Shown: in pieces, positions 9,665 to 20,671 of the stretch
Layout of the letters: the number at the start of each line of letters is the position of its first letter
Position numbering within the stretch: position 1 is the first letter of the stretch
Virus record (IMG/VR): IMGVR_UViG_3300029288_000072
Coordinates: 134,443 to 198,442 of that record
DNA: 64,000 bases
From: a virus
Lineage: Duplodnaviria > Caudoviricetes
Direction: 5' to 3' (one strand)
Position numbers and translations under genes: made by a program
Notes under the pieces: model-generated
Seen by the model: only the letters and a program-made list of their open reading frames with translations
What the model was told of the DNA's origin: nothing
The model's database searches: none

Positions 9665-10290
9665 TCCATTGTATAGGCAATAGTCATGCAAATGTGTTTG
9701 TCGATGCACATCCAGCAAATATGTTTAATACTACATATTTAAACAATTTTTCATCAACAAGTATTGGTCCTGTTATAGCATATAATTTTTATGACCATCA
9801 TTTAAATAAAGTATATGATGTTCTAAAAAAAGTAAAAAAATCACCAAATGACTATGTTATGCTAATTGTTGGAGAAGTAGACTGTAGATGGCACTTGCCT
9901 AAAAGAATAGACTCTAATAAAGAAGAAATATCTGTAGTAGTAAAAGAATGTATTGATAGATTCTTTAAATCTGTACTTGAATTGCAATCCCATGGATATA
10001 AACTCGTTTCTTGGTGTGGTCATCCCTCCACAACAGCAGGTCACGATGATAATCCAAATGAGCCTGTATGGGGAGAATGTTTATTCAGAAATAAAATAAG
10101 TATTGAATGGGCAAAATATTTAACTGAAATTAGTAATAATAATAATATTAAGAGTATTAATATAACAAATGATTTAATAATGGAAAATGGAATTACTAAT
10201 ATGACATATTTTAATGACTATTGCCACTTAAATCATAATAAAATTATGCCATTAGTTTTAAATAAATGTAGAGAATTAAATATATTATGA
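9661..10290 (+). CDS. SGNH/GDSL hydrolase-like (O-acyl transferase/esterase)
   Basis: IGNSH, GEVDCR, DYCH; ATGA overlap start at 9661. Confidence 0.7.
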   Translation: MIHCIGNSHANVFVDAHPANMFNTTYLNNFSSTSIGPVIAYNFYDHHLNKVYDVLKKVKKSPNDYVMLIVGEVDCRWHLPKRIDSNKEEISVVVKECIDRFFKSVLELQSHGYKLVSWCGHPSTTAGHDDNPNEPVWGECLFRNKISIEWAKYLTEISNNNNIKSINITNDLIMENGITNMTYFNDYCHLNHNKIMPLVLNKCRELNIL

Positions 10291-10910
10291 CCGATATTGT
10301 ATGTTTTATCCATAGTTATAATATAAACAATTGTAATGAAATATTAAACTATTTCAATGAAAAAGGGAAAAATTTTTTTAAAAATTGTAATAATATATTC
10401 CATTATAATTATGGCAATAAGCCAGAGAATGACATTTTTAAATCAATAAATTTATTAAAAGCAGAAGAAATAGAGACTATTAAAAATATATATTCATATT
10501 CTCTTAATGAAAATAAAAATACAAAAATATGTTATATTCATACAAAAGGCGTTACTACTCCTAATAATATTTGTATAGAAGATTGGCGAAATTATATGTT
10601 TTATTTTTGTTGCGAACAGTTTGAAAATATGGTAAAATTATTAGATTCTAATGATACATGCGGAGTAGATTTAAAAAATGATCCAGCATTACATTATTCG
10701 GGAAATTTTTGGTGGGCAAAGTCTGATTATATTAAAAAATTATGCCATCCAAATAATATAAAAAGCCCATTAACAGAAAGACACAAGTCTGAATTTTGGA
10801 TATGCTCTTCAAATGGCAAACATTTTGGAGTACACGATTCTAAAATTCCAGTATATGAAAGACATAAATATAGATATCTACCAGAAAACTATAAAGGGCA
10901 ATTATTATGA
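10287..10910 (+). CDS. Putative glycosyltransferase (HTKG..SGNFWW family)
   Basis: YIHTKG, HYSGNFWWA, EFWI; cluster context. Confidence 0.55.
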   Translation: MTDIVCFIHSYNINNCNEILNYFNEKGKNFFKNCNNIFHYNYGNKPENDIFKSINLLKAEEIETIKNIYSYSLNENKNTKICYIHTKGVTTPNNICIEDWRNYMFYFCCEQFENMVKLLDSNDTCGVDLKNDPALHYSGNFWWAKSDYIKKLCHPNNIKSPLTERHKSEFWICSSNGKHFGVHDSKIPVYERHKYRYLPENYKGQLL

Positions 10911-11470
10911 ATTTAAATGATTTGGCAATAAAACATAAAACAGATAAAAGCAACTTGGGTCACGGATATACAAAATATTATGAGGAATATTTTGAACCTA
11001 TTAAAGATGATAATTTAAAAATTTTAGAATTGGGTGTTAGAGAAGGATGGTCAATGACCATGTGGGAAGAATATTTTCAAAATTCTATTATATATGGGAT
11101 TGATAATAATTATGAAGGTCTATGCCCAGAAAAATTTGATTCTGAAAGAATAATTTTTACTTTATGTTCTCAAACAGATCAAAAAACATTAACTGAATTA
11201 TCAGAACATGTGGGTGGATTTGATATAATAATAGACGATTGTTCTCATATATCATCATTAACAATAAAAAGCTTTTTAATATTATATCCATTATTAAAGC
11301 CTAACGGACTCTATGTAATTGAAGATTTACATGTATGTGGATTTTCCGCAGAATATAATCCAGATAATTTCACAACAATACAATTTTTAAGCACTCTAAA
11401 ACATGATGAAGATAAAATCATAAATTTTCATTTAAATCAAAAAATATGTTTTATTAGGAAAACTTTATAA
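10907..11470 (+). CDS. SAM-dependent sugar O-methyltransferase (MycE-like)
   Basis: TDK..HGY, LELGV, IIIDDCSH, GLYVIEDL. Confidence 0.8.
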   Translation: MNLNDLAIKHKTDKSNLGHGYTKYYEEYFEPIKDDNLKILELGVREGWSMTMWEEYFQNSIIYGIDNNYEGLCPEKFDSERIIFTLCSQTDQKTLTELSEHVGGFDIIIDDCSHISSLTIKSFLILYPLLKPNGLYVIEDLHVCGFSAEYNPDNFTTIQFLSTLKHDEDKIINFHLNQKICFIRKTL

Positions 11471-11471
11471 T

Positions 11472-12170
11472 ATGTTTATTATTTCATGTAAATATACTAA
11501 AACAAGCAATCATATTATTAATTTAGTGTCTGATATTAGAAAATATCATGATGATGAAAAAATTTTAGTTGTTGACTCGGATTCATCAGATAAAACATAT
11601 TTTAATGCTTTAGAAAAATATAATGCAGAAATTTTAGATGTAGCAAATCAAAATTGGATGGTAGGTGCATATTGGAAAGGATTTTTTAAATATCCAAATG
11701 AAAATTTTTATTATTGTTTTCATGATTCAATGCGTGTAAAAGATAATTTAGACTATTTAAAACAAAAAGAATTAACAATGTTAGCAACCTTTAATCGGAC
11801 TGGCCATATAAGTTTTAATGCATGGAATAAAAGAATAAATACTGAAACAAAATATAAAGTAACAAATACTGGATATGGATGTTATGGTCCAATTTTTATG
11901 ATTTCTAATAGATTATTTACTAACTTATATAATAATAATGCACATGTTTTATTACCAGCAAATAAAGCCGAAACTGGATTTATGGAGGGGGCATTTGGGG
12001 CATTGTTTGAATGTGAAGGGTTCAATTTAATGGAGTGTTCTTTATATGGAGATATTCTAGAACAAGAGTCTCCTGGCGGGAAATCATATCCTCAACCTTT
12101 TTATACTGGATGGCAATATCCTATAGAAAAATTTTATGCTTCTCATATAGATAATACTAGGAAACTCTAA
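11472..12170 (+). CDS. Putative GT-A glycosyltransferase
   Basis: ILVVDSDS, FHDS; cluster context. Confidence 0.5.
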   Translation: MFIISCKYTKTSNHIINLVSDIRKYHDDEKILVVDSDSSDKTYFNALEKYNAEILDVANQNWMVGAYWKGFFKYPNENFYYCFHDSMRVKDNLDYLKQKELTMLATFNRTGHISFNAWNKRINTETKYKVTNTGYGCYGPIFMISNRLFTNLYNNNAHVLLPANKAETGFMEGAFGALFECEGFNLMECSLYGDILEQESPGGKSYPQPFYTGWQYPIEKFYASHIDNTRKL

Positions 12171-12964
12171 TGAAAACTGGATTCATAATATTTGCACATT
12201 GTAATGGACATACAAAGGAAGATGTTGATGATATAATAGAAAATATATCAGTTTTTCATCCAGAATGTGAATTTTTTATAAATCATCCAACAATTAGTCA
12301 TGAAAAAATATTTACGACTCACAATTTAGGACCACTTAATAAATCATCATTTATTTTTGGTGCATTTGTTGATATCATAAATAAACTGTCAATAGAAGAT
12401 ATACATAAATGCGATAATTTTTGTTTGGTTTCGGCTAACCAATATTTTATAGATAATATAAAAGCAGAAAAAAATATAAATTATGTACAATTTTATAATA
12501 CAGACGATTGGACAAATAGATATAATGGTAAAGATTTTTCAACTAATATTATAGGAACCCCATTAAGGCAACCCTATGGTGTATGGGATCAAAAATGTTT
12601 TTATAAAAAAATTGGGATTTCTAATCCAATGGCGTCTAATTGGGAAGGTGCTATATTAACAAAAGAATCAATGATATTATGCAAACAATATATAAATGTT
12701 GCTATTCAAGAATATCCAAATTCAGATTTAATATCATTATTTCCCGGTTATATGGCTTTAAAATCAGGACAAGAATGGAAATTTCCTTCATTTTTTGGTA
12801 CATTTGATCCATCAAATAGACCTATTTTTAATCATATTATAACAATAGATCAACTTATAAATAAAAAACGGGAAGGATATTCAACGATAAAAAGAGTTAA
12901 TTATGAAAAAAATTGCCCAATTAAAGATTATATAAGAAAAAATTATTATAAAAAGGAAATATAA
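12170..12964 (+). CDS. Hypothetical protein in glycan cluster (possible glycosyltransferase)
   Basis: Translationally coupled ORF; no decisive motif. Confidence 0.45.
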   Translation: MKTGFIIFAHCNGHTKEDVDDIIENISVFHPECEFFINHPTISHEKIFTTHNLGPLNKSSFIFGAFVDIINKLSIEDIHKCDNFCLVSANQYFIDNIKAEKNINYVQFYNTDDWTNRYNGKDFSTNIIGTPLRQPYGVWDQKCFYKKIGISNPMASNWEGAILTKESMILCKQYINVAIQEYPNSDLISLFPGYMALKSGQEWKFPSFFGTFDPSNRPIFNHIITIDQLINKKREGYSTIKRVNYEKNCPIKDYIRKNYYKKEI

Positions 12965-13329
12965 TGAGTACTGATAATAGACCAAAAACAATAATATGCG
13001 ATATAGATGGAACATTATTTAAACACGAAGGCGATATTACACAGCAACACTTAATTGTTCCGACTTTATTACCGGGTGTTAAAGAAAAGATACAAGAATG
13101 GGATAGAAAAGGATATAGAATTATATTAATGTCTGGTAGAAGAGAGAGTACAAGAAAATATACAGAAAAACAATTAACTGATGCTGGTATATTTTTTGAT
13201 CAATTAATATTGGGTGTAACTGGAGGAATACGAGTTTTAATAAATGATAGAAAACCAAATGGTACATTTGATACCGCAGAAGCAATAAATTTAGAACGAA
13301 ACAGTGGCATGGAGAATATCAATGTATAA
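12964..13329 (+). CDS. Small HAD phosphatase (EcbF/BcbF capsule-phosphatase-like)
   Basis: CDIDGT, MSGR, INDR; 121 aa capless HAD. Confidence 0.8.
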   Translation: MSTDNRPKTIICDIDGTLFKHEGDITQQHLIVPTLLPGVKEKIQEWDRKGYRIILMSGRRESTRKYTEKQLTDAGIFFDQLILGVTGGIRVLINDRKPNGTFDTAEAINLERNSGMENINV

Positions 13330-13663
13330 AAAAATAGATAAACCATGGGGATATGAAGAAATTTTAGAACAAAATGATATGTATGTTGTAAAACGTCTTT
13401 TTATGAAGAAAGGAAATAAATGCAGTTTACAATATCATGAAAAAAAGAAAGAAACTTTTATTTTATTAAGCGGAATCATGAAATTTACATACGGTAATAC
13501 TCAAAAGAATTTAAAAGAATATATTTACAACCCTGGAGAATTTATTACTATAGATCCTATGAAAGTGCATAGAATGGAGGCTATAGAAGATATACTTTAT
13601 ATTGAAGCATCTACTAATTATTTAGACGATGTTATTAGATTACAAGATGTATATGGAAGATAA
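13322..13663 (+). CDS. Cupin, phosphomannose isomerase type II-like
   Basis: KPWG, SLQYH..K.E, HRMEA, DVIRLQD.YGR. Confidence 0.8.
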   Translation: MYKKIDKPWGYEEILEQNDMYVVKRLFMKKGNKCSLQYHEKKKETFILLSGIMKFTYGNTQKNLKEYIYNPGEFITIDPMKVHRMEAIEDILYIEASTNYLDDVIRLQDVYGR

Positions 13664-13666
13664 AAT

Positions 13667-15217
13667 ATGTATAAAGTGTTATTAACAACAAGCGGAACTG
13701 GTAGTAGACTAGGAAATATTACAAAATTTACAAACAAATCTCTTGTAAGAGTTGGGAAAAAACCATCTATTTCATATATTATAGAACAATATCCTTCTGA
13801 TGTTGAATTCGTTGTTACATTGGGGTATTTTGGTAGTCAAGTTAAAGATTTCTTAGAATTGGCATATCCTAATAAAAAATTTACATTTGTTGAAATTGAT
13901 AAATATGAGGGTGAAGGAAGTAGTCTTTTATATTCTATTAGTAAAACAGAAAAATATTTACAAGAGCCATTTATATTTCATGCATGTGATACTATTACAT
14001 TTGATGAAATATTACCACCAACACAAAATTGGTTGGCCGGGTGTTCTTCTGGCGACCCATCACAATATAGATCATTTAATACATTAAATGATAAAGTTAT
14101 ATGTTTAAATGAAAAAGGAGAGAGTAATTGTAATTATTATTATATGGGAATATGTGGAATAAAAGATTATGAGTTTTTTTGGGATAGATTAAAAACTATT
14201 TTAAAAGAAAATGCAAAAGAACAATCTTTATCAGATTGTCATGTAATACGAGATTTATTATTACATAAAGACGTGACATATAAAGAATTTACAAGTTGGT
14301 TAGATATAGGAAACATGAAAGGTCTTTCTCATGCAAGAACTCATATAAATGACGAATTTCATATATTAGATAAAGATGATGAAAGCATTTTTATTTTTGA
14401 AAATTTTGTTATAAAATTCTTTTATGATAAAAAAACATGTTTAAATAGAGTAAAACGGGGTGATATATTATATCCATATGCACCAAAAATGTTAGGATAT
14501 AGAGATAATTTTTACAAATATGAATATGCTAAAGGAGACTTATTATCCAGAGCAGCTACAGAAGAAAATATAGAAAAATTAATAAATTGGGCATCTGCGT
14601 GTATCTGGAATACAAAAACAAATGAAGAGTTTGAAAAGATTTGTGAAGACTTTTATATAAAGAAAACAGAAAAAAGATTGTTGGATTTTTATAATAAAAA
14701 TAATATAAAAGATTGTTCTGAAACTATAAATGGATACAAAATTCCTCCATTATTCGACTTATTAGGAAGAGCAAAAGAAATATTATTAAAAGATTGCATT
14801 CCTACAGGATTCCATGGAGACTTTATTTTAGATAATATATTAATTGATAAAGATAATTTTATTTTACTTGATTGGAGACAGGATTTCGGTGGAAAAATTG
14901 ATATAGGTGATATGTATTATGATTTAAGCAAACTAAATCATAATTTTATTGTTAATCATGATATTGTAAATAATAATTTATTTACAATTAATATTGATAA
15001 AAATAATATATCATGTGATATTTTATGTCATTATAATCTTATAAAATGTCAACAAAGATTTTTGGATATAGTTAATAAAAAAGGATTCAACATTAAAAAG
15101 ATAAAAATATTAACTTCTATTATATGGTTAAATATGTCGCCACTACATGAATATAAGGTTGGATTATTCTTATATTATTTTGGAAAATATAATCTCTGGA
15201 GAACATTAAATGTTTAA
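13667..15217 (+). CDS. Nucleotidyltransferase fused to APH/choline-kinase-like phosphotransferase
   Basis: TSGTGSRL, NKSL, HACD, WLDIG; FHGDFILDN, LLDWR, YYDLSKL. Confidence 0.85.
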   Translation: MYKVLLTTSGTGSRLGNITKFTNKSLVRVGKKPSISYIIEQYPSDVEFVVTLGYFGSQVKDFLELAYPNKKFTFVEIDKYEGEGSSLLYSISKTEKYLQEPFIFHACDTITFDEILPPTQNWLAGCSSGDPSQYRSFNTLNDKVICLNEKGESNCNYYYMGICGIKDYEFFWDRLKTILKENAKEQSLSDCHVIRDLLLHKDVTYKEFTSWLDIGNMKGLSHARTHINDEFHILDKDDESIFIFENFVIKFFYDKKTCLNRVKRGDILYPYAPKMLGYRDNFYKYEYAKGDLLSRAATEENIEKLINWASACIWNTKTNEEFEKICEDFYIKKTEKRLLDFYNKNNIKDCSETINGYKIPPLFDLLGRAKEILLKDCIPTGFHGDFILDNILIDKDNFILLDWRQDFGGKIDIGDMYYDLSKLNHNFIVNHDIVNNNLFTINIDKNNISCDILCHYNLIKCQQRFLDIVNKKGFNIKKIKILTSIIWLNMSPLHEYKVGLFLYYFGKYNLWRTLNV

Positions 15218-15767
15218 TATTAACTATGTATCTACCTTATTATCAAGGGAGTTTCCTCACATTTTAGAGTTTGGAGTATATAAAGGATATACTATTTCTC
15301 AAATCAAAAAATATGTCAGAGAAGATTATAAAATATACGGATTTGATTCGTTTGAGGGTCTTCCAGAAGATTGGGAAAATACTGTTTGTAAAAAAGGGGT
15401 TTTTTCTACTAATGGGGCTATTCCAAGTATTCCCGGTGTTAAATTTTTTAAAGGTTTGTTTGATGATACAATAAAAGAATATTTAAAAGAAGCAGATAAT
15501 ATATCATTATTACATGTAGATTGTGATTTATATTCATCAACAAAAACTGTTCTTTGGAATTTGAATGACTATATAAAGAAAGACACTATTATCGTATTTG
15601 ATGAGTGGTTTTACTGTTCTGACTATGGTTATAAATTTAATTCAGATCATGAACAAAAATGTTTTTATGAGTGGTGTCGGGAGTTTAATAGAGATTATGA
15701 TTTTTTTGATGATAATACTAGAGACGAAAATGCACACGAAAGAAAATTAGTGAGGATTATAAAATGA
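15210..15767 (+). CDS. TylF/MycF-family O-methyltransferase
   Basis: LEFGVYKG, GFDSFEGLPEDW, HVDCDLYSS, IVFDEW. Confidence 0.85.
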   Translation: MFNINYVSTLLSREFPHILEFGVYKGYTISQIKKYVREDYKIYGFDSFEGLPEDWENTVCKKGVFSTNGAIPSIPGVKFFKGLFDDTIKEYLKEADNISLLHVDCDLYSSTKTVLWNLNDYIKKDTIIVFDEWFYCSDYGYKFNSDHEQKCFYEWCREFNRDYDFFDDNTRDENAHERKLVRIIK

Positions 15768-16726
15768 AATATTGTATTGGTCCTATGTCAAGAAATGTCG
15801 TTGATACTATTATAAATTTTTCAAATAATTATAATATAAAAATAGGTCTTATACCATCACGAAGACAAATTGAATTTAATGGTGGTTATTCTAATAATTG
15901 GACAACATACGAATTTTCTAAATATGTAAAATCAAAATCAAAAAACATTTTTTTACAGCGTGATCATGGTGGCCCAAAACAGGGGGCAAAAGATGATGAC
16001 GGATTTACATCATTTGCTGTAGATAGTTTAACTTTAGATTCAATTCATATTGATCCTTGGAAATATACAAAGGATTTAACTGAAGGAATAAATAAAACAG
16101 TAGAATATATAGATTTCTGTCTATCAATTAATAAAAATATAAAATTTGAGGTTGGTACAGAGGAATCAATAAGAAGATTTTCTAATGAAGATTTAGATCA
16201 ACTTCTAAAAACTCTTGAAAATAAATTAATTGATAAATTTGAAACTATTTTGTATGTTGTAATTCAAGGAGGAACCGCATTAAAAGAAAATACAAATACT
16301 GGCAATTTTGACGAACAAAGATTATCCGATATGATACAAATATGTAAAAAATATAACAAGTTAACAAAAGAACATAATGGAGACTATATAACACAAGATT
16401 GTAAAAATAGAAAATTTAACTTTGGGTTAGACTGTATTAATATTGCACCAGAATTTGGATTAATAGAGACAAAAACAATTATGCAATATATAAATGAATA
16501 TGAATTTGAAACGTTCTTTAATATCTGTTATACATCTAAAAAATGGGAAAAATGGGTTTCTGCGGATTTCGACCCTTATAAAAATAAAAAAACATTAATA
16601 GAAATTTGTGGTCATTATGTTCTTTCTAACCATATAGTCAACTCTTGGATAGAAAATAAGCATTTACATGCTATAATATATAAAAATATAGAAGGAAAAT
16701 TAAAAGAATTATATGGAATTAAATAA
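15764..16726 (+). CDS. GatZ/KbaZ-like (tagatose-6-phosphate epimerase family) TIM-barrel protein
   Basis: SRRQ..GGY, RDHGGP, IHIDP, EVGTEE, KEHNGDY, NIAPEFG. Confidence 0.7.
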   Translation: MKYCIGPMSRNVVDTIINFSNNYNIKIGLIPSRRQIEFNGGYSNNWTTYEFSKYVKSKSKNIFLQRDHGGPKQGAKDDDGFTSFAVDSLTLDSIHIDPWKYTKDLTEGINKTVEYIDFCLSINKNIKFEVGTEESIRRFSNEDLDQLLKTLENKLIDKFETILYVVIQGGTALKENTNTGNFDEQRLSDMIQICKKYNKLTKEHNGDYITQDCKNRKFNFGLDCINIAPEFGLIETKTIMQYINEYEFETFFNICYTSKKWEKWVSADFDPYKNKKTLIEICGHYVLSNHIVNSWIENKHLHAIIYKNIEGKLKELYGIK

Positions 16727-17042
16727 CATAAAAAATATGATAAAAGGATGGTTTATAGGAGATATAACACCAGTCGCATTTAAATCGTCCGCATGTGAAG
16801 TTGCCTTTAAAGAATATAAAAAAGGTGATTATGATAAGTCACATTATCATAGAATCGCAACAGAAATAACTTTAATAGTATATGGTAAAGTTGAAATGAA
16901 TAAAGTTGTTTATGAAAAGGGTGATATTATAACAATAAATCCCAATGATATAACAGATTTTCTTGCGTTAGAAGATAGTGCTACAGTTGTTGTAAAAATC
17001 CCTGGAGAAAAAAATGATAAATATGAAGTTCATATCTCATAG
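16713..17042 (+). CDS. Cupin-domain protein
   Basis: KGWFIGD, HYH...E, VVKIPG..NDKY. Confidence 0.7.
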   Translation: MELNNIKNMIKGWFIGDITPVAFKSSACEVAFKEYKKGDYDKSHYHRIATEITLIVYGKVEMNKVVYEKGDIITINPNDITDFLALEDSATVVVKIPGEKNDKYEVHIS

Positions 17043-17475
17043 AGGTAATATTTTAGGTAAAAATCCAGAAAAAGAGAATACGTTAGAATATATTTATTCT
17101 GCAATAGATCGCGGATTTGATGTTGAAATTGATTTATGGTTTAAAGATGAAACATTCTATTTGGGTCATGATGTCCCAACTCATAAAGTTAAACTTTCTG
17201 AAATACAACATCCAAATTTATGGATTCATGCAAAAAATCTCGAAGCTTTAAGATTGACATCAAAAATTTTAAATACGTTTTATCATACTGATGAAGACTA
17301 TGTATTAACATCAAGAGGATATATATGGACATATCCTGGGAAAAAATTAAATTCTGAATGTATATGTGTTTTACCCGAAACTGTTAATTATGAATTTGAA
17401 GAAATTTTATTATCAAATGGAATATGTTCAGATTATATAGCATCATATAGGAATATGTTTCCATGTTATCAATAA
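17023..17475 (+). CDS. Glycerophosphodiester phosphodiesterase-like protein
   Basis: ISHRG, PEKENT, VEIDLW, GHD, HAKN, GICSD. Confidence 0.75.
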   Translation: MKFISHRGNILGKNPEKENTLEYIYSAIDRGFDVEIDLWFKDETFYLGHDVPTHKVKLSEIQHPNLWIHAKNLEALRLTSKILNTFYHTDEDYVLTSRGYIWTYPGKKLNSECICVLPETVNYEFEEILLSNGICSDYIASYRNMFPCYQ

Positions 17476-18371
17476 ATTTCCTACCATTTGAACGACCACA
17501 TTTAATGTTAAGAACATTACAAAATTGGTCAAATATAAGCGAAAATTATAAAGATAAATTTACAATTAATATTCATACAAAAATAGATGATACTTTTTTT
17601 AATCAGATTAAAGATGAGTTTAATAAAAATAATATACTATTAAATATAATATATCATCCATCTCATCATTATATGACAAAAATATATTCATCATCAAGTA
17701 CTGAGGCTGAATATTCTATGAAAATTGATGAAGATATTTTTATAAATTTTCATGTACTTGAATATATTATTGATAATTTACCATTATTAAACAACGAATC
17801 TACCCTTATATTAACACCAACATTATCTACAGGAATTCCATCTATAGAAATGTTTATAGAAGATGTTTGTACGGATGATGAAAAAAATATATTATTTAAT
17901 TTGTTTAAAAATACTCATATTCCTAGTATATGGGGGGCAAATTATACATCGTTAAATTATCATAAAAAAACTTGGGATTATGGCCATTACTATAATATGG
18001 TTGCAACACTCTCTCATCATTATAAAGGTATACATCCAGTTAGAGTAAATCGACAGCCCCAATTATTATTGTGTGATTTGTGTATAAAATATATAGATAA
18101 AATAAAAAATAAAAATAATTACTATATTGATTGCAAACATATAACATATATATGTAATACGGTTTTTATAATAAAAACTGATATATGGAGAAATATTATA
18201 AATAACAAATCTTTATTTAGAGATGATTATGATGAAGTTCCATTAAATTTATATATGAAAAATCATAATCATAAAGTGTGTTTTATTAGAAATTCGAATG
18301 GTATACATCCAAGTTATAATACACTTGTTGGATATTCAGAAATATCAGATAAATTTTTTAATGCGTTATAA
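17463..18371 (+). CDS. Putative GT-A glycosyltransferase
   Basis: KIDEDIF (DxD), DE motif; cluster context. Confidence 0.5.
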   Translation: MLSINFLPFERPHLMLRTLQNWSNISENYKDKFTINIHTKIDDTFFNQIKDEFNKNNILLNIIYHPSHHYMTKIYSSSSTEAEYSMKIDEDIFINFHVLEYIIDNLPLLNNESTLILTPTLSTGIPSIEMFIEDVCTDDEKNILFNLFKNTHIPSIWGANYTSLNYHKKTWDYGHYYNMVATLSHHYKGIHPVRVNRQPQLLLCDLCIKYIDKIKNKNNYYIDCKHITYICNTVFIIKTDIWRNIINNKSLFRDDYDEVPLNLYMKNHNHKVCFIRNSNGIHPSYNTLVGYSEISDKFFNAL

Positions 18372-18381
18372 AGGAAACCCC

Positions 18382-19065
18382 ATGAAATTCACATTCGGAA
18401 TTATAACGGCTGGCAACGATAATTTTATACATAATATAATTAATTCAATAGAATCCCAAATTCCTCCAGATTGTTATGAAATAATAATAATTGGGAACTC
18501 ATCTATTAATAAAAACAATACAAAAATTATTCCATTTGATGAAAATATTAAACCCATGTGGATAACAAAGAAAAAAAATATAATAACAGAAAATGCAAAA
18601 TTTGAAAATATAGTATATATGCATGATTATATTTCATTAGAATCTAATTGGTATAACGGATTTTTACAATTTGGTGATGATTTTAATGCATGTATGACTA
18701 AAATAATTAATACTGATGGAAGTAGATTTAGAGATTGGACATTGTTTCCGTTATTTTCTAATGTTCAGGCATTAAATATACCAAAACAAAGAAATTTATT
18801 GCCGTATAATATAACTCATATGTCCAAATATCAATATTTTTCCGGTGCTTATTGGGTAGCAAAAAAATCAATAATGCAAGAATTTCCATTAAATGAAGCA
18901 TTGTCATGGGGGCAAAGCGAAGATATTGATTGGTCACAAAGATATACATCAAAATATGTTTTTTCTATAAATCCACTATCAACTGTAAAATTATTGAAAT
19001 TTAAACCTAGAATTTTTGACGAATTAACGTCACAAGATTTACAAAAAATAAATGGAATAAAATGA
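18382..19065 (+). CDS. Putative GT2-like glycosyltransferase
   Basis: FGIIT, YMHDY, ED.DWS; ATG after AAGGA. Confidence 0.65.
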   Translation: MKFTFGIITAGNDNFIHNIINSIESQIPPDCYEIIIIGNSSINKNNTKIIPFDENIKPMWITKKKNIITENAKFENIVYMHDYISLESNWYNGFLQFGDDFNACMTKIINTDGSRFRDWTLFPLFSNVQALNIPKQRNLLPYNITHMSKYQYFSGAYWVAKKSIMQEFPLNEALSWGQSEDIDWSQRYTSKYVFSINPLSTVKLLKFKPRIFDELTSQDLQKINGIK

Positions 19066-19859
19066 TTAATATTATTATTTTCAGTAAAGATAGAGCATGT
19101 CAATTGCATTATCTTTTAGAAACATTAAAATTAAATTTTAAAGAGTACTATTTTGAAAAAATAAAAGTTATATATAAATATAAAAATCAAATACATCAAA
19201 CTGCATATGATATATTAAAAACAACATTTCCTGAAATAGAATATTTTTGCCAAAATACAAATAAATTATCGTTTAAAGATTTAATATTACAAAATATAAA
19301 TGAAAATAACAAATTAACTGTATTTTTTGTAGATGATATGTTTATAAAAAATAGATTTTCTTTAGATGATGCCGAAATACAAATGATGAATAATAATGAG
19401 AATGCGTGCGTTTCTTTAAGGATGAATGATGGGATGAATTATTGTCAGCCAGCAAAACTTAAATATACAACAATTCCTACCATTATAGATAATAGATGGA
19501 AATGGAGAGGACAACAAGGAGATTGGGGTTATCCTATGTCTCTTGATGGACATATCTTTAGAACTAATGAAATAAAACATAAAATATCTATTATAAACTT
19601 TGAAAATCCAACATATTTAGAATCTCATCTTAGTGGATTATTGCCAGAGCAAGAATATATGATTTGTTATAAAAGATCAATTGTAATAAATAATCCAATG
19701 AATAGAGTACATAATTTTAATTTAAATCCGTGTTCAAATATTTCAGAAGATTATTTGTGTAAAGAATATTTAGATGGAAAAAAATTGAAGAGTACAATAC
19801 CACCAGAAGAAATTATAAATAATTCCCCACACTATCAGTTAGAAACAATTTTATATTGA
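19062..19859 (+). CDS. Putative glycosyltransferase
   Basis: FSKDR..QL, FFVDD, WGYPMSLDGHIF. Confidence 0.6.
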   Translation: MINIIIFSKDRACQLHYLLETLKLNFKEYYFEKIKVIYKYKNQIHQTAYDILKTTFPEIEYFCQNTNKLSFKDLILQNINENNKLTVFFVDDMFIKNRFSLDDAEIQMMNNNENACVSLRMNDGMNYCQPAKLKYTTIPTIIDNRWKWRGQQGDWGYPMSLDGHIFRTNEIKHKISIINFENPTYLESHLSGLLPEQEYMICYKRSIVINNPMNRVHNFNLNPCSNISEDYLCKEYLDGKKLKSTIPPEEIINNSPHYQLETILY

Positions 19860-20671
19860 TCCAAATTTATTTTGGATAATATTACATCTAATATATTATT
19901 TTCCGGTGTTAAGTATTTTTTAGATAATTCAAAATTTTCTTTAATATATTCCAATTTTGAATTATAATCATTTTCAGATATTATATTTAATATATTATTT
20001 AATTCTTCAATTGAACTGAATGTATAAAACCCATTATTATTAAAATATTTATGTATGGAATCACACCCCCAATAAATTGGTATTGTTGCCGTGGCAAAAC
20101 AATCAATTATTTTTTCTGTAAAATATGTATCTTTTTTGCAATTTTCTATTGATATAGAATATCTAAAATCTTTTAATGCCTCAATTTTTTCATTAATCGG
20201 TAAATATCCTCTTCCACATATAAAATCTATTTTATTTCTATATTTTGATACTATTTTATGCCGCAAATCATGTCCTTCTAAATGTTTTTTGTTGCTCGCA
20301 ATAATAGATATATTTTTATGTTTATTAAATATTTTTATATTTTCTTTGCTCATCCAACAACCACCAAGAAAATATTGTAAATATTTTTCTCCTCTTGATA
20401 ATAAGTCAGTATCAAATGTTAAAATATAATTAAAATTATTTTCATATTGTTGTATTTCATCATATAAATTTTTTGTAACATATGGAGATTCTATTAGTAA
20501 TGCAATTTTTGTTTTACCAATTGCTGGATTTGAAAAATTTGATGTATAAAATACAACTTCGTCCATCATAGATACATTTCTATCCCATATAATATTTTGA
20601 TCCAATTGATGCATATTACCTAAACAATGTATATGAGAAAAAAATGAATCAACAATTTTTAATTTATACAT
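19835..20671 (-). CDS. GT10-like (alpha-1,3-fucosyltransferase-type) glycosyltransferase
   Basis: YSISIEN...YFTEKIIDCF...IPIYWG. Confidence 0.85.
   Translation of the reverse strand: MYKLKIVDSFFSHIHCLGNMHQLDQNIIWDRNVSMMDEVVFYTSNFSNPAIGKTKIALLIESPYVTKNLYDEIQQYENNFNYILTFDTDLLSRGEKYLQYFLGGCWMSKENIKIFNKHKNISIIASNKKHLEGHDLRHKIVSKYRNKIDFICGRGYLPINEKIEALKDFRYSISIENCKKDTYFTEKIIDCFATATIPIYWGCDSIHKYFNNNGFYTFSSIEELNNILNIISENDYNSKLEYIKENFELSKKYLTPENNILDVILSKINLDQYKIVSN

Noticed and set aside
12855-19821. Internal TATAAATA matches in the glycan operon as late promoters
   Set aside because: The 8-mer is expected many times by chance at this AT content, and these copies lie inside ORFs
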